A stretch of DNA of 64,000 bases from Podarcis muralis. Taxonomy: Eukaryota. The position numbers and the translations under genes were made by a program. Shown piece after piece: positions 39,851-51,463 of this stretch (its first letter is position 1; each line of letters begins with the position of its first letter). The notes beneath the pieces are model-generated. The model had not been told where the DNA came from. It saw only the letters and a list, made by a program, of their open reading frames with translations, and ran no database searches. The stretch covers positions 42,346,001 through 42,410,000 of the forward strand of contig NC_135657.1 in assembly GCF_964188315.1 (NCBI RefSeq), read 5' to 3'.

Positions 39851-40261
39851 TGCTTCTTGTGTCTTCTGAATCCATTGTCCTGGGTAGCCCTGAGTTTTAG
39901 TCTTGTGAGAGGAGAAAAAGGTTATTGCTATCTGCTTGTTTTGTACTGCGGTTACAAAAATCTCCACAATGTCCCTCCTGACCTATCTTTTTAAGTTTTA
40001 CTGTTAAGCTATCTAATACATTTTTAACAATCCTGTAGTGCTCTAGAAACCCCAATGTACAATCCAGTTTAACCAAAATACCTCTGTTTTTGCCTGAATG
40101 GATTTCACTGAATTCTGTGTAGGCGCCATTGGCATAAAGCCAAGAAAAACAGTTTGAATTAATATGCTAATTGTCATCACTTTGGGGTTTACGTTTTTGA
40201 AAATCAAGATCTATAAATCCTGCACAGGGCATTAATATCAACTATTTCAGAAATATTATAT

Positions 40262-40402
40262 GGCTGCTGGGATAGCTCAGTTGGTACAGCATGAGACTCT
40301 TAATCTGAGGGTCATGGGTTTGAGCCCCAAGAGTGCCTTGCAGGGGGTTGGGTTAGATGACCCTTGTGGTCCCTTCCAATTCTACAATTCTGTGGTTTTA
40401 TG
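40262..40402 (+). mobile_element. tRNA-Lys(CTT)-derived SINE with CR1-type 3' tail
   Basis: gatagctcagttggtacagcatgagactCTTaatctgagggtcatgggtttgagcccc follows tRNA-Lys(CTT) and is fused to gcagggggttgggttagatgaccc..ccttccaattctacaattct. Confidence 0.75.
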
Positions 40403-41026
40403 AGTTTGGATCTATCAGTATGTTTTGACTTCAAAACAGCTGAATTTTGTGCTGATCCTGAATAATGGTCTGTGAAATGCAGCTGCTGCTTATTTTCACA
40501 CCTGTTACTATAGTGAGAGTAATAACTGATATGAATCTCAAAGATGAAAGTAGTGAGAGGGAGAGGAGAGCGAGCCTGCGGTTCAGACTATTACTTGCAC
40601 CCATCTTCTTTCCATCAAGTGTATCGGGCCTGCACATTAGCTTGAGAGATGTACTGTATTAGCAAGATGTCACACTGTTCAGATGCTGTAGGGAGCTGGC
40701 AGTATGGCAAAAAAATAATAATGGTTGAGGCAAAACAGGAACGTGCTGCCACCACAGCTTCTCTTACCTGGGTTGTATGGCAGCGCCTGTGAAGTGGCAG
40801 GTTCTGGCAAGATCTCGCTTCTCTGTTCATGGCGGCAGCGCAGGTGGAGTGCCTGCAGGGGCACTGCCTCTTGGGCTTCCGCTGCCTCAGGTGACTGCTT
40901 CACCGCGCTTCACGGCTGAGCCAGCCCTGTAGTTACTAGTACAGTGGACACCTTGAATCTGAACCCAAACAAAACCGATTGGTCCAGAGTGGGTTGTGCC
41001 TGTTCCAGCTCCTAGCAGATAAGTAT

Positions 41027-41271
41027 TGTTATGTACTGAAGTTTTCACCCTGTAGATAGTTTTCACTCAGGTCCACATATGCAAATAAGGGATTGAAAGT
41101 GACGTTCAGTGATTGGATAGTTACAGAAAATGGTTACTGTTGTGTTCTAGTGGAGCTCTATATAAGCAGGCTGGCTGAACCCTTCAGTTCAGTTCTGTTA
41201 TGGCCTGTGAATAAACAAGAGCTGTTCGAAGAATTGCTGTGTCGTCTAATATGTTCACCCACAACTTAACA
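41027..41271 (+). mobile_element. Solo LTR (245 bp), sense to SMYD3
   Basis: TGTT..AACA; perfect 5-bp TSD agtat; ATGCAAAT 41079, TGACGT 41100, ATTGG 41112, TATATAA 41159, AATAAA 41210. Confidence 0.9.
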
Positions 41272-43481
41272 AGTATACTTCCCTTGTGTCTTAATTCTAT
41301 TGTGTTTTATGTTTGCTTAGTACGGAATGTGAATCTGGTCTGGGACCGTAATAAATTTCATTCATTCATTCATTGCCTTGTGTCTTCAGCAATGCTTGCA
41401 TCACAGCCCAAGTCTTACCAAGTGGAACTCTGGGAGTCAGCTCCTAGGGGTCGAGGGGTCTTCGGATCCCCAATAAAATATTTGAAGGGGCCGGGTCCAT
41501 CAAAGTTGATGGGCATTGCCATTCAAATGCTGTGTGTGCACAGTGTCATGTGATCAGTAATGCGGGGCGGGGCTTACTGCCCCTCAATATTATATTCAAG
41601 TTAGCACCCCAGCAAACTGAATTTTTCTGCCATCGCTTTGTGTGCCCTGTGATCTGAATTATGAGCTCCCTGTCTGGGGTTCATATATGGGCGCTGCGCT
41701 ATGTGTTGGTGCTTTGTTACACTGTATATTATACTCTGTCATGGTGACATGGGTGTGACTGAGTCTTTGATTCAGAGGCAGCTTTTAAAATTTCTCCCCA
41801 TATTTGCACTGTGTGAGGGGCTGGTGTAAAGTTAGATCATTTGGAGAGCATGTGGGATGAAGGGGCACAAGATATATGACACAGGATCTATGACATCTCC
41901 ATCCTACCTGCCTTCTGCCCACAGCTGTAGCCTGTCTCCCGCTGTGTATCTTCAGAGGCAGAAAAACTTTGTTCTGATGGCATATCTGGGATGTTCCTGC
42001 TGTTGCATTCTCCTTGTATATGAGCCCTTTGACAGCTCCATGGACCTCAGCTGGCAGATTGTCAGTACGGAATGTGGCTTTTAATTACTTAATTAATTAA
42101 TCAGAAAAAAATCTGCTGCCATATGACTTTGGAGCTACTTTTGATTTAACTGACCAGTCTACTAAAAGTTTTGTAACCAGACTAAAGTGTTACAGTTAAA
42201 ACCACACACTGGAAAGATTTTTTTTTTTAATTGATAATATTTTAGTCATTTATTTCTTCACTTATCTTTTGGGGTGTTTTGTTGAGCATGCTAACTGAAG
42301 GACTAAATTACATGTTTTGATTACTTAGAAAACAATAGGAATTATATTATAAAGCATTTCTACCAAGCGTCATAACGGTATACAAATACACATCTAGTTT
42401 AAATTCCCCATCTCTTTTGACTGTATGCCCCCCTCCCAAGTTCCTTACAGACCCTGGAACAATTTAGATAGAACTTTAATGCTATTTTGTATTGATGGGG
42501 AATTCAGAGTACAAATATATGCCGCAACTCAATGCGCCTACAGATTCACAGCAAGAATTTTGCTTAAGGCAGATAAAATATGGACTAAGATTTACTGAAT
42601 TTTAGCTTGCAATGGAATATCACGTTTTTGACCTCAAAAGGCCAACCATATCCCACTGTGTTGTTTACTGCAAATCAGCTTGGGATTTCTCCTATGTTAA
42701 ACATAGTTTAACACAAACATAGTTGACTGTATGAGAAGAGAACAATAAAATAAAAAGGTTATTTCTTTTATTTACTGTTGCACCCAATAAAAGGTAAAAT
42801 ATATTCTACCCGGATTGTAGCATTTCATTTTACAGCAAACAGGTATTGCTTGAAGAGCCCCTATAAATATTATGAATTATTTACATACAGGATGCAAAAG
42901 CTGTAAATTGTTCAAGCGGAGCATGAATATTGGATTCTGAGACTTTCCATCTTTTTTGTTCTCCTGGAAAATATATTGTTTAATAATCAAACAGAGTTAA
43001 AATAATTAACATTATGCCCATTGAACATACACAAATAGGAGCTGTAAATATTCTAGGTCATTTTCTTGACCTAGAATTCTCAAGTTCCTTTTTTATTGAG
43101 ACTTTAGGAAACACAGCTGGGCACAATGCAAAGGTGATGTGTACAATCACAAGGACACAAGTTGTTTCTCTGCAGTTTTTATTTCAGATGAAGAGTCAGG
43201 CCACAAAACGGCTTGCCTAGTTGTCAGTGGCAAAGAATGCTGTTTCCTAGATCCACAACCCAGGAAGCTAAAAAGTGCCGGTTTGTGAGTTCACTCCATT
43301 AAGCAGCCTTATAAACCATTTCAAAAACCAACTTGGAAACTTGGCTCTAAAAATGCTCCCTGGATTGTGGACTGCTACTCTAGCATTAGGCTTTTCATAT
43401 TTTTTAAAAGTTTACCTGAAAGTTATTTGTCTTAAATATTCAAAGTATTTCTCCCCCCCCCCCTTTTTTCCTTTGCAACAG

Positions 43482-43545
43482 GAAGGATCGACTGCTTAGG
43501 TGTTCTCAGTGCAAAGTTGCAAGATACTGTGATGTACGTTGCCAG
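43482..43545 (+). CDS. SMYD3: SMYD3 exon 2, KDRLLRCSQCKVARYCDVRCQ (MYND finger)
   Basis: 64 nt; acceptor ttttttcctttgcaacag, donor gtaatc; phase 2/0; CSQC..YC-x3-CQ MYND ligands. Confidence 0.96.
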
Positions 43546-44037
43546 GTAATCATTACTCTGATAATTAGCTGCAAATGAATAATGCAAATATGTTACCCTT
43601 TTAGCCTTGATATTTTCCCCATTAACTCTTCTTAAGATCTAGGAAATTGGTTGTCATGGCCAGCAAAAATTATACATGCATGCACATGCACAATGAATTT
43701 TTTTAATGGTACAGTGTCATTATGTTGCATTTTGATGTAACTTTATATATTTTTATGTTCTGTATTTGTTTTGTTTTTGTGGTTCTTGGTTAATTTGCTT
43801 ATGTACACTGATATATTGAATTATGTTACTTAAAAATGAATTATTATTATTAGTAGTAGTAGCAGTAATAGTAATAGCAATAATAATAGTAGTATTCTTA
43901 GGTTTTGAATGTGGAATTTGCTTTGCATTTTTTATGTACTGGTTCTTTTTTGCTAGGATTTGTTAGCTGCTTAGACAGTTCTATTGAAATATGAAGCGGT
44001 ATACAAATTAACTGTAACTAACAAACTAAATAAATAA

Positions 44038-44395
44038 GGGACGCGGGTGGCGCTGTGGGTTAAACCACAGAGCCTAGGACTTGCCGATCAGAAGGTTGGT
44101 GGTTCGAATCCCCGCAATGGAGTGAGCTCCCGTTGTTCGGTCCCTGCTCCTGCCAACCTAGCAGTTCGAAAGCACGTCAAAGTGCAAGTAGATATATAGG
44201 TACCGCTCTGGTGGGAAGGTAAACGGCGTTTCCGTGCGCTACTCTGGTTCGCCAGAAGCGGCTTAGTCATGCTGGCCACATGACCCGGAAGCTGTATACC
44301 GGCTCCCTCGGCCAATAAAGCGAGATGAGCGCCGCAACCCCAGAGTCAGCCACAACTGGACCTAATGGTCAGGGGTCCCTTTACCCCTTTACCTT
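44038..44395 (+). mobile_element. Sauria SINE, full length
   Basis: GGGACGCGGGTGGCGCTGTGGGTTAAACC head, GGTTCGAATCCC B box, TTTACC tail, probable TSD aaactaaataa. Confidence 0.88.
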
Positions 44396-45315
44396 GTAAA
44401 AAACTAAATAATACTTAGCCATAACAAAAACCAAACCAAACACCTGCCTAAAAATGCAAGCAGAAGTAAAGCACTATGTTACATTGGCCGGACTTTGCCA
44501 AGTTAAACTGTTCATGCAAAATACACACAAGGTTACTGGGTTCTTTTGCAGCAGCAGGTGCAGCCATGACAGTGCCTAAACTAGGGAAGGCTATGCCTGT
44601 TTGTAAGCAGTCCGTATTCACGATGTGAATGGATTCAAATTGGCAGTGATCATAAAGATGTGATTCCAATGTCTTTCTAACTTTAAAAAGCACTGCTAAG
44701 ATTAGAAGAATGAGACAGACGATTTTGTGTGATGTTGCATATTTCATCTCCTTGCTCCTTTAAAGGCTGCATAAACAGTTGATCATCTCAGTGTCACTTC
44801 TAGCATATTTTAAACTCCTTCCCAGCATTTATTTTAGGAACAAAGCATGTCAGATAAAGGCTGGCTTCAAAGAACAATTTTAGTTGGCTCGGGAGGAACA
44901 TGCCAGTACAGCTACGTTATGCAGAATGATGTCTTAATGATTAGAGACACGACTGTTTATTTAGGGTGAAGGAAACTGGATTCATATAACCTTTGTTTTC
45001 TGGATACTTTTGAGTTACAGTTATATTCCGATAGCTCTCGCTTTGTAGTCCATGCGAAACAGCAGATAAGTTAGAAGGGTGAACTTTCAGTGAAGTCCAA
45101 AACAATTATTTGCGAGGGGGAGTAAAACCAAGTTGAGAGTGGGGACTTTTCACAAAAACTTGCACAATAAGCTAAATGCACCATCCGCCCTTTCAGCAGT
45201 TTTTGAGAGATGGCCTGGTTAAGCTTCTGTGCACACCTTCACTTTGAAATGGCTTTCTAGCATCACAAAGTCAAATCTGTTTGGGTATGTGAATTATACG
45301 AATATACCTTATACT

Positions 45316-46028
45316 TTTTTTATTATTAAAGATTTTCTTGTTTTACAGAAGTATGTGTAATGTCTCTCGTATTTTTTCTATGTAACATTTTTACAAATCA
45401 GTTTCCTTTGTTGAGACATTAGGAAGAAAAGGGGTGGAGGGAGGGAAAGATGGGTGGGGTCGGGTGGCAATGTTTCTATTTTGCTTAATGTATGTAGGGC
45501 TTGGTGTCAGCGTTGCTCGTACAGGTTCTCTGCTGTTCACTTGTGTTTCTTTGGTGGTGAGAGAGGTTGGAGTTGGCCTAGGGTGTGGTTGTTTGTTTGT
45601 GGTTGGCTGTGGTGATCTTTGTTTTTGTGTGTGAGTGAGGTGGGTGGGTGTTTTGGATCAGGTTAGCCATATTGATTTGTATGCTGTTGGTGGATTATTG
45701 TCATTGTCTTGCTGGGCTGTGTATGTGATAAAGGGGAGCCATACCGGGGTGAAGGCGTCTTCTTCTGTTTGTCCCCATGTCAGTTTCAGTTTATTGGTTA
45801 ATTTTTCTAGTAGGGCTGTTTCCCATACTATTTGGTACCATTGGTCCATGCTTACTCCTGACAGGTCTCTCCAGTGTCTGGTTATGGTGTTTCTGGCTGC
45901 TGAAAGTAGGTGGGTTATGAGTTCTTTGTGGTGTAAATGGGCATTGTTGTCTTGGAAGGTGTTTAGTAGGACCAATTCTGGGGTGATGCCTAATCCTTGC
46001 TTAGTTATTTTACATATTTCTCGTATGG
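45316..46028 (-). mobile_element. 5'-truncated L1-clade LINE, apparently young
   Basis: Open ORF2 C-terminus 46026-45658 (IREICKITKQ..ELITHLLSAARNTITRHW..WYQIVWETALLEKLT), 3' UTR, A-rich tail, and a perfect 16-bp TSD GAATATACCTTATACT (45300-45315, 46029-46044). Confidence 0.9.
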
Positions 46029-47154
46029 GAATATACCTTATACTGAGTCACACCTTTGGTCCATCTAGCCCGGTAAAGTCTGGCAGGGGTGCTTCTAGCT
46101 TCTTATCAAGAGCCCTTTTAGCTGGAGATGTTGCAGATTGAACCTGAAATTCTGACTTAAGATGTTGCGACATCTTCACATTGATTACATGATCTCAGAG
46201 TGGCCAGAATTGTGTTAGCAGAATAAAGCAACCACCCCTTAAAAATAATGGTACATGAGGATTCACCCATTGGGTCGTGAACAACGTACAAACAACTCTG
46301 GAAGGTATGCACTGAGGATTGATTTAGGGGCCATTTTGGCTTCTCCAAAAATACTTTTTTCACACTGACAATATTGTGACCATTTGGTGCAGGCCTAGTT
46401 CAAAGAGAGCAAGGGTGAAATTAAAATATGAGCTGTATAATTTTAAACCACTATTTCATGTGCCAGAAACAGAAATGCTTTTTGTCCATTCAGCTGCTCT
46501 TGCAGATTTGTGTATAGTGGCACCCCTTAATCCCATGTCATGCCTCTTGCTTCTGTTGTCTGCCTGCCTGCCAGCCGCTGTGCAAAACCTTAAGCAGAAA
46601 TCTGGCATAGCAGCAGCAGCAACAACGAAAACCCAGAAAAATCCTTTTGAGGTAGAAATCAAGGGACAGTCAAAATTGGAGGCTGAACATAAATATTCTG
46701 AGGAGAGGATTACTGATTCCATTGGGCCAGGATCAGTGTTGCTGCAAAGCAGAAAGCTCCACTGAAAAGAACGGCCATCTTACAAAAGGCAGAGATTTGT
46801 TCCTATTCATTTTTCCATAGGAGATCAGATTTAGAGAAAAATAAGGGGGACCTGCAACAAAATGTTGCAGTGTTGACTGACTACTGCTGTTTGAGTGTTC
46901 TGGTTAGTCAGCCCTGCCTCCAGGACAATCCAGTCCCTTCCTACCCTGTTTTATGTACCCCTCTGAAGAGTCAGTCAGCTTTCTGTGACCACTGAATGTA
47001 TGTGATCAGTCTTCATCAGGCTAGTTCTGGGGTTCCCACTCTCTTTAGGAGGTATTTTAGATGCCCCCCAAATACCTCCTTATCTGCTTAAATGGTCTGT
47101 TTTGTCTACTTTAGGGATCCACACTCACCTATGAATGTAGGAAATTGGATGATA

Positions 47155-47380
47155 CAGTGGTACCTCATGTTAAGAACTTAATTAATTCTGGAGGTCCGTT
47201 CTTAACCTGAAACTGTTCTTAACCTGAGGTACCACTTTAGCTAATGGGGCCTCCCGCTGCTGCCACGCTGCCGGAGCACGATTTCTGTTCTCATCCTGAA
47301 GCAAAGTTCTTAACCTGAGGTACTACTTCCGGGTTAGCGGAGTCTGTAACCTGAAGCATCTGTAACCCAACGTACCACTG
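47155..47380 (-). mobile_element. Tc1/mariner MITE, family A
   Basis: TIRs CAGTGGTAC..GTACCACTG with a TA TSD. Confidence 0.88.
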
Positions 47381-48452
47381 TATTGGTACATATCGGTAGA
47401 TTCAGATGTTACTCTGAACTAGAGCTTTCCAAACTTTTATGTTGGTGACACACTTTTTAGACATGCATCATTTTGCAACACAGTAATTCAGTTTTACTAG
47501 CAACCCAGAGGTTAAACTAACCCCTTTCCAGGCCCAGGAGGAGCACGGTGAGCATTTGTGCAACATACCTACACAGTACAACACTCTACTGTGTCATGAC
47601 ATATAGTTTTACATAAACAAGTTTAACCTCCTCCTTTGCTTATGAGCTACCACTTCCCTCCCTCCTATGCAGCTGGGAAGAGGAGTACGGAAACTTCTGC
47701 TTCCTTAATTGATTATTCACAGGTCTCACCTAGATCTGAAATTGTGGTTAATTTTACCAGCAGTTCATTAAAAACAAGCAAGCTTCACACACCATGGTTT
47801 GAAATTTGCTTGTTTGAAGCTAATCATAGTTCATTTTGACCAGTTTGTTTGTAGTTTTTTCATTTATTTATTATAACAACAGACAGGTTGGGGGGGGGGA
47901 ATAATGCAAGAAAAATTTGTTTAAAAATAATAAGTTGTTACAATTGCTGATAAGGAAATACGGGGAATGGAGGTATAGTTTATGATTACAAGGTCTCTAA
48001 ATCAAAACAATTGCAAATTTCTATTTCAGAAAAGATAAAAGTATCAATAAACTAAATTCAGACATTTACATAGACCTGTGGGATATAACACTCCAGTTTG
48101 TATATGAAATAAAATTAAACCAAATGGTGAAGAAACAACTTTGAGCACTTTGGCACCCAGACATTTTTAGCTTATATGAGATTTTTTTTTAATAACGCTG
48201 ATTTACCAAGTCTTGACATAGTCTAATAGTTCAGATTATTGAAATCAAAGGTCTTCCCAAACTTGGCAGTTCTGGCCTAGGCTGCAGTTGAAAGATGTGA
48301 GATCAGTTCCTTGTTTTTCAGATCTTGACCCAAATTTACAAATTCAAAAGAGTCAAACAAGGGGAGGGGATGAATTGTTTGCCTGGTTAGGAGTGAGATC
48401 TGAGAAAATACTTTTGTCCAGAACTCCTTTATCTAGGTGCAGTTTCAGCATA

Positions 48453-48784
48453 CAGTGGTGCCTCGCAAGACGAAAATAATCCGTTCCGCGAGTCTCTTCG
48501 TCTAGCGGTTTTTTCGTCTTGCGAAGCAACCCTATTAACGGCTTAGCGGATTAGCGCTATTAGCGGTTTAGCGGATTAGCGGCTATTAAAGGCTTAGCAG
48601 ATTAGCGGCTAAAAGGCTATTAGCGGCTTAGTGGCTTAGAAAAAGGGGGGGGGGAGCGAAAAAAAATCGCAAGACTCGCAAGACCATAGGGAAAATCGTC
48701 TTGCGAAGCAACTCAAAAACGGAAAACCCTTTCGTCTAGCGGGTTTTTCGTCTTGCGAGGCATTCGTCTTGCGGGGCACCACTG
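48453..48784. mobile_element. Tc1/mariner MITE, family D, with internal TTAGCGG-like tandem array
   Basis: TA|CAGTGGTGCCTCGCAAGACGAA..TTCGTCTTGCGGGGCACCACTG|TA. Confidence 0.88.
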
Positions 48785-49398
48785 TATGTGTTGGTAGGTC
48801 CCAGTATCCTGGCAGAGTAGCTTAGTGTGGTCTGTAAAACAGTTGAAAGAAGAAATGTAACAATTATATAGGGAAGTTGTTAGTACTGTATGTGGGTTGT
48901 GGGTTTTTTCTGCACAGATAGTTTTAGTTAATTAATCAGTGGGGTGAAATTTTGGCAGAGAGCTTAAAATGGAAGGGCACTTTTTATATTACAGAAATAG
49001 GGAAAATATTTTCATTTAATACACAGTGGTAGAATTTTCCTTAAATTTTAATATGTCTCCAGAATCCTACAAAGTCACTTACACTGAGGTTTGGGTAATA
49101 TGCAAAATTATTTAGATGTAAAAGACAGATGGTTGATCAGCTAAAACATTTAAATGGTTGGTAGATCTAATAACAATTAATACCTTACTGTAAAAATAGA
49201 CCGAGTGTTTCAATAGCATTTCTTGCAAAAACCATATGTCCAACCATAATCAGTAGCTTGGATCCAAATATTCTTATGCTTGCGCAAAATCACTTTTATC
49301 TGTGCACTGGTCTCTTGCAGTAATAATTCATATTTATTATATTTCAATATCTGAAAAGTTTACTGGCAAAATAACTTCTGTTTTCTCGCAACTTGTAG

Positions 49399-49506
49399 AA
49401 AGAAGCCTGGCAGGACCACAAACGGGAATGCAAGTGTATTAAGAGCATTGAGCCTAACTTCCCCCCAGACTCAGTGAGGCTTGTTGGCAGGATCATTTTC
49501 AAACTA
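49399..49506 (+). CDS. SMYD3: SMYD3 exon 3, KEAWQDHKRECKCIKSIEPNFPPDSVRLVGRIIFKL
   Basis: 108 nt; acceptor cttgtag, donor gtaagt; W-x-x-HKREC ends the MYND finger, followed by PPDSVRL. Confidence 0.97.
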
Positions 49507-49603
49507 GTAAGTAAACTTTCTACCTGTGATTGATCCTTGAAAAGGTGTCTGCCCTGACTCTGTGGCTGAGGAGGCCTATATTTCACAGAGTTGTTATTGC
49601 TTC

Positions 49604-49861
49604 TGTTATGTACTGAAGTTCTCACCCTGGGCCAGCAGGGGGATACTGTAGATAGTTTAGGTCCACATATGCAAATAAGGGATCAAAAATGACGTTCGGT
49701 GATTGGATAGTTACAGAAAATGGTTACTGTTGCGTTCTAGTGGAGCTCTATATAAGCAGGCTGGCTGAACCCTTCAGTTCAGTTCTGTTCTGGCCTGTGA
49801 ATAAACAAGAGGTGTTTGAAGAATCGCTGTGTCGTCTGATATATTCACCCACAACTTAACA
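49604..49861 (+). mobile_element. Solo LTR (258 bp), same family as 41027, sense to SMYD3
   Basis: TGTT..AACA; perfect 5-bp TSD gcttc; ATGCAAAT 49669, TGACGT 49690, ATTGG 49702, TATATAA 49749, AATAAA 49800. Confidence 0.9.
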
Positions 49862-50863
49862 GCTTCATAATAGCTCTTGTTGGGGAGAGGCTAGAATAAG
49901 AACTGGCCGCCCAAGTTTCCCTATGCTCTTTGCCGAAGCAAATTTCCTTCCCTGCCAGTGAGAGCCTGGCTTATTAATGACCTCGAGTGGAACTTCTTGA
50001 ATTGACTGCCTACGTGGATGTAGGTAGCTTCTGTTCATGTTGCATTATTCTCTGCAATTGGCAGCAGGGATGCAACTATTGTGCCATCACTTACTCGACT
50101 TTCAAGATACATGCATGCAAAAAGGCAGAAAACGGTCACATTTGTGTGAACCGCTTTTGGATTTATTACAAATGCATCCTTAGGCACTGGGATGGAAATG
50201 CAGAAGCAGAAGGACAGACTATACTCAGAAGAATAAATTCATAAGTAATATATGTCATAAAATGCAAGCAAGTTGCAGCAGAATAGTAATTTGAGTAAGC
50301 AGCATTGAAGTCCTGACTGAATCAAACTTGCTGTAAAGATTATAATTGCTGGAATTTGTGCACTTAGTGCTGGCTTCAGAGTTTAGTCCTTAGCTTGATC
50401 TTAGATGAATCCAGAAGTTGTATGTTTACGCATATGTAGTTTCAAAATTTTCACAGCTCAGATCTCTATGTGAGGCTCATCGTCTGACATCAGTTTCAAG
50501 GGGGCTTCTTTTGCACATGTTCACAAATGTTCACAAATGTTGCATATCAGTAAAATAAATACCTTGTGTCAGTGAGTGAATTCAAAAAGGTTTGTAACAG
50601 CCACCTCAGCTGTGCTTGACTTAGTGTGGAACTCAGTGGAACATATGGGTGAAATGTGTTCTGCAAAGCAAGGTGTGAAAATCAAGAGAACAAGAATAAA
50701 TGAGTTGTAACTTATAACAAAATGCTACTAATGTTTTCACAAACATGAACAAGAACGGATTAATGCTAATGATTGCTCTTTTAGTGCTATACATAAAGGA
50801 TTAAAAATTGAGTTAATGATTTAGTCTGCCATCCTTTTAATTCATTATTATTATGCTCACCAG

Positions 50864-50921
50864 TTAAGACAATCAACATGTCCATCTGAAGAGCTCTACT
50901 CCCTTTTTGATCTTCAGTCAA
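50864..50921 (+). CDS. SMYD3: SMYD3 exon 4, LRQSTCPSEELYSLFDLQS(N)
   Basis: 58 nt; acceptor ctcaccag, donor gtaagt; phase 0/1; resembles SESEKLYSFYDLESN. Confidence 0.93.
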
Positions 50922-51463
50922 GTAAGTAGACGTTAGCCATACTTTTTTGTAAATGCTTCCCATGTTTACTGTGTAGCATCCTGAGATTTAACTTCCTCTT
51001 GGAACTTAAATCTTGACTCGGCTAAGTAACACCTGAGAAGAGCTAGAAGGATTGTTTTTCGAGTTTGTGTTTTTGTTTTTTTATGCTAACTAATATGTTT
51101 TCATTTTTGGGTTGTACAGTGCTTTTGGATTTAATTTCAGAAGTGATCTAGAAGAAAAATACAGACAATTCAAAGAACAAATGTTTCCGGCATTGTGGAT
51201 TAGCAGCTCTTCTGTATTGGAATCCATTTATTCACTCTGCCATTGGCATCTGGTTGTCCTCTATGAGAATAGGATGATGGACTAGTTGTGCCTTTGGCCT
51301 GATCCAGCAGGACTGCTCATACGTAGATTACTCTAATATTTTGCGAGCTTCTTGGTAGCTTGTTCCATCACCTTCCTGAGGATGCCCTATACTACTTTCA
51401 GCCACTGTTGAATGATGGGCTGATGAAGGATTTTTAGGAATATATAATCAGAACACATTATTA

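Noticed and set aside
40262-40335. Functional tRNA-Lys gene
   Set aside because: The 3' acceptor-stem half is missing, the T-loop is mutated (GTTTGA), and it is fused to a CR1-type tail.
45635-46141. 168-aa + strand ORF
   Set aside because: It is the antisense shadow of the L1 ORF2 remnant and has no independent protein signature.
46376-46765. 129-aa + strand ORF in intron 2
   Set aside because: No family motif and a low-complexity (GCA)n stretch. I have no evidence that it is coding.
48530-48630. Interstitial telomeric repeat
   Set aside because: The units are TTAGCGG variants inside a MITE, not TTAGGG.
41027-49861. A single full-length 8.8-kb LTR retrotransposon or provirus
   Set aside because: Each LTR has its own different TSD. 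The interior holds SMYD3 exons 2-3 and unrelated repeats, with no gag/pol ORF or PBS that I could recognise.
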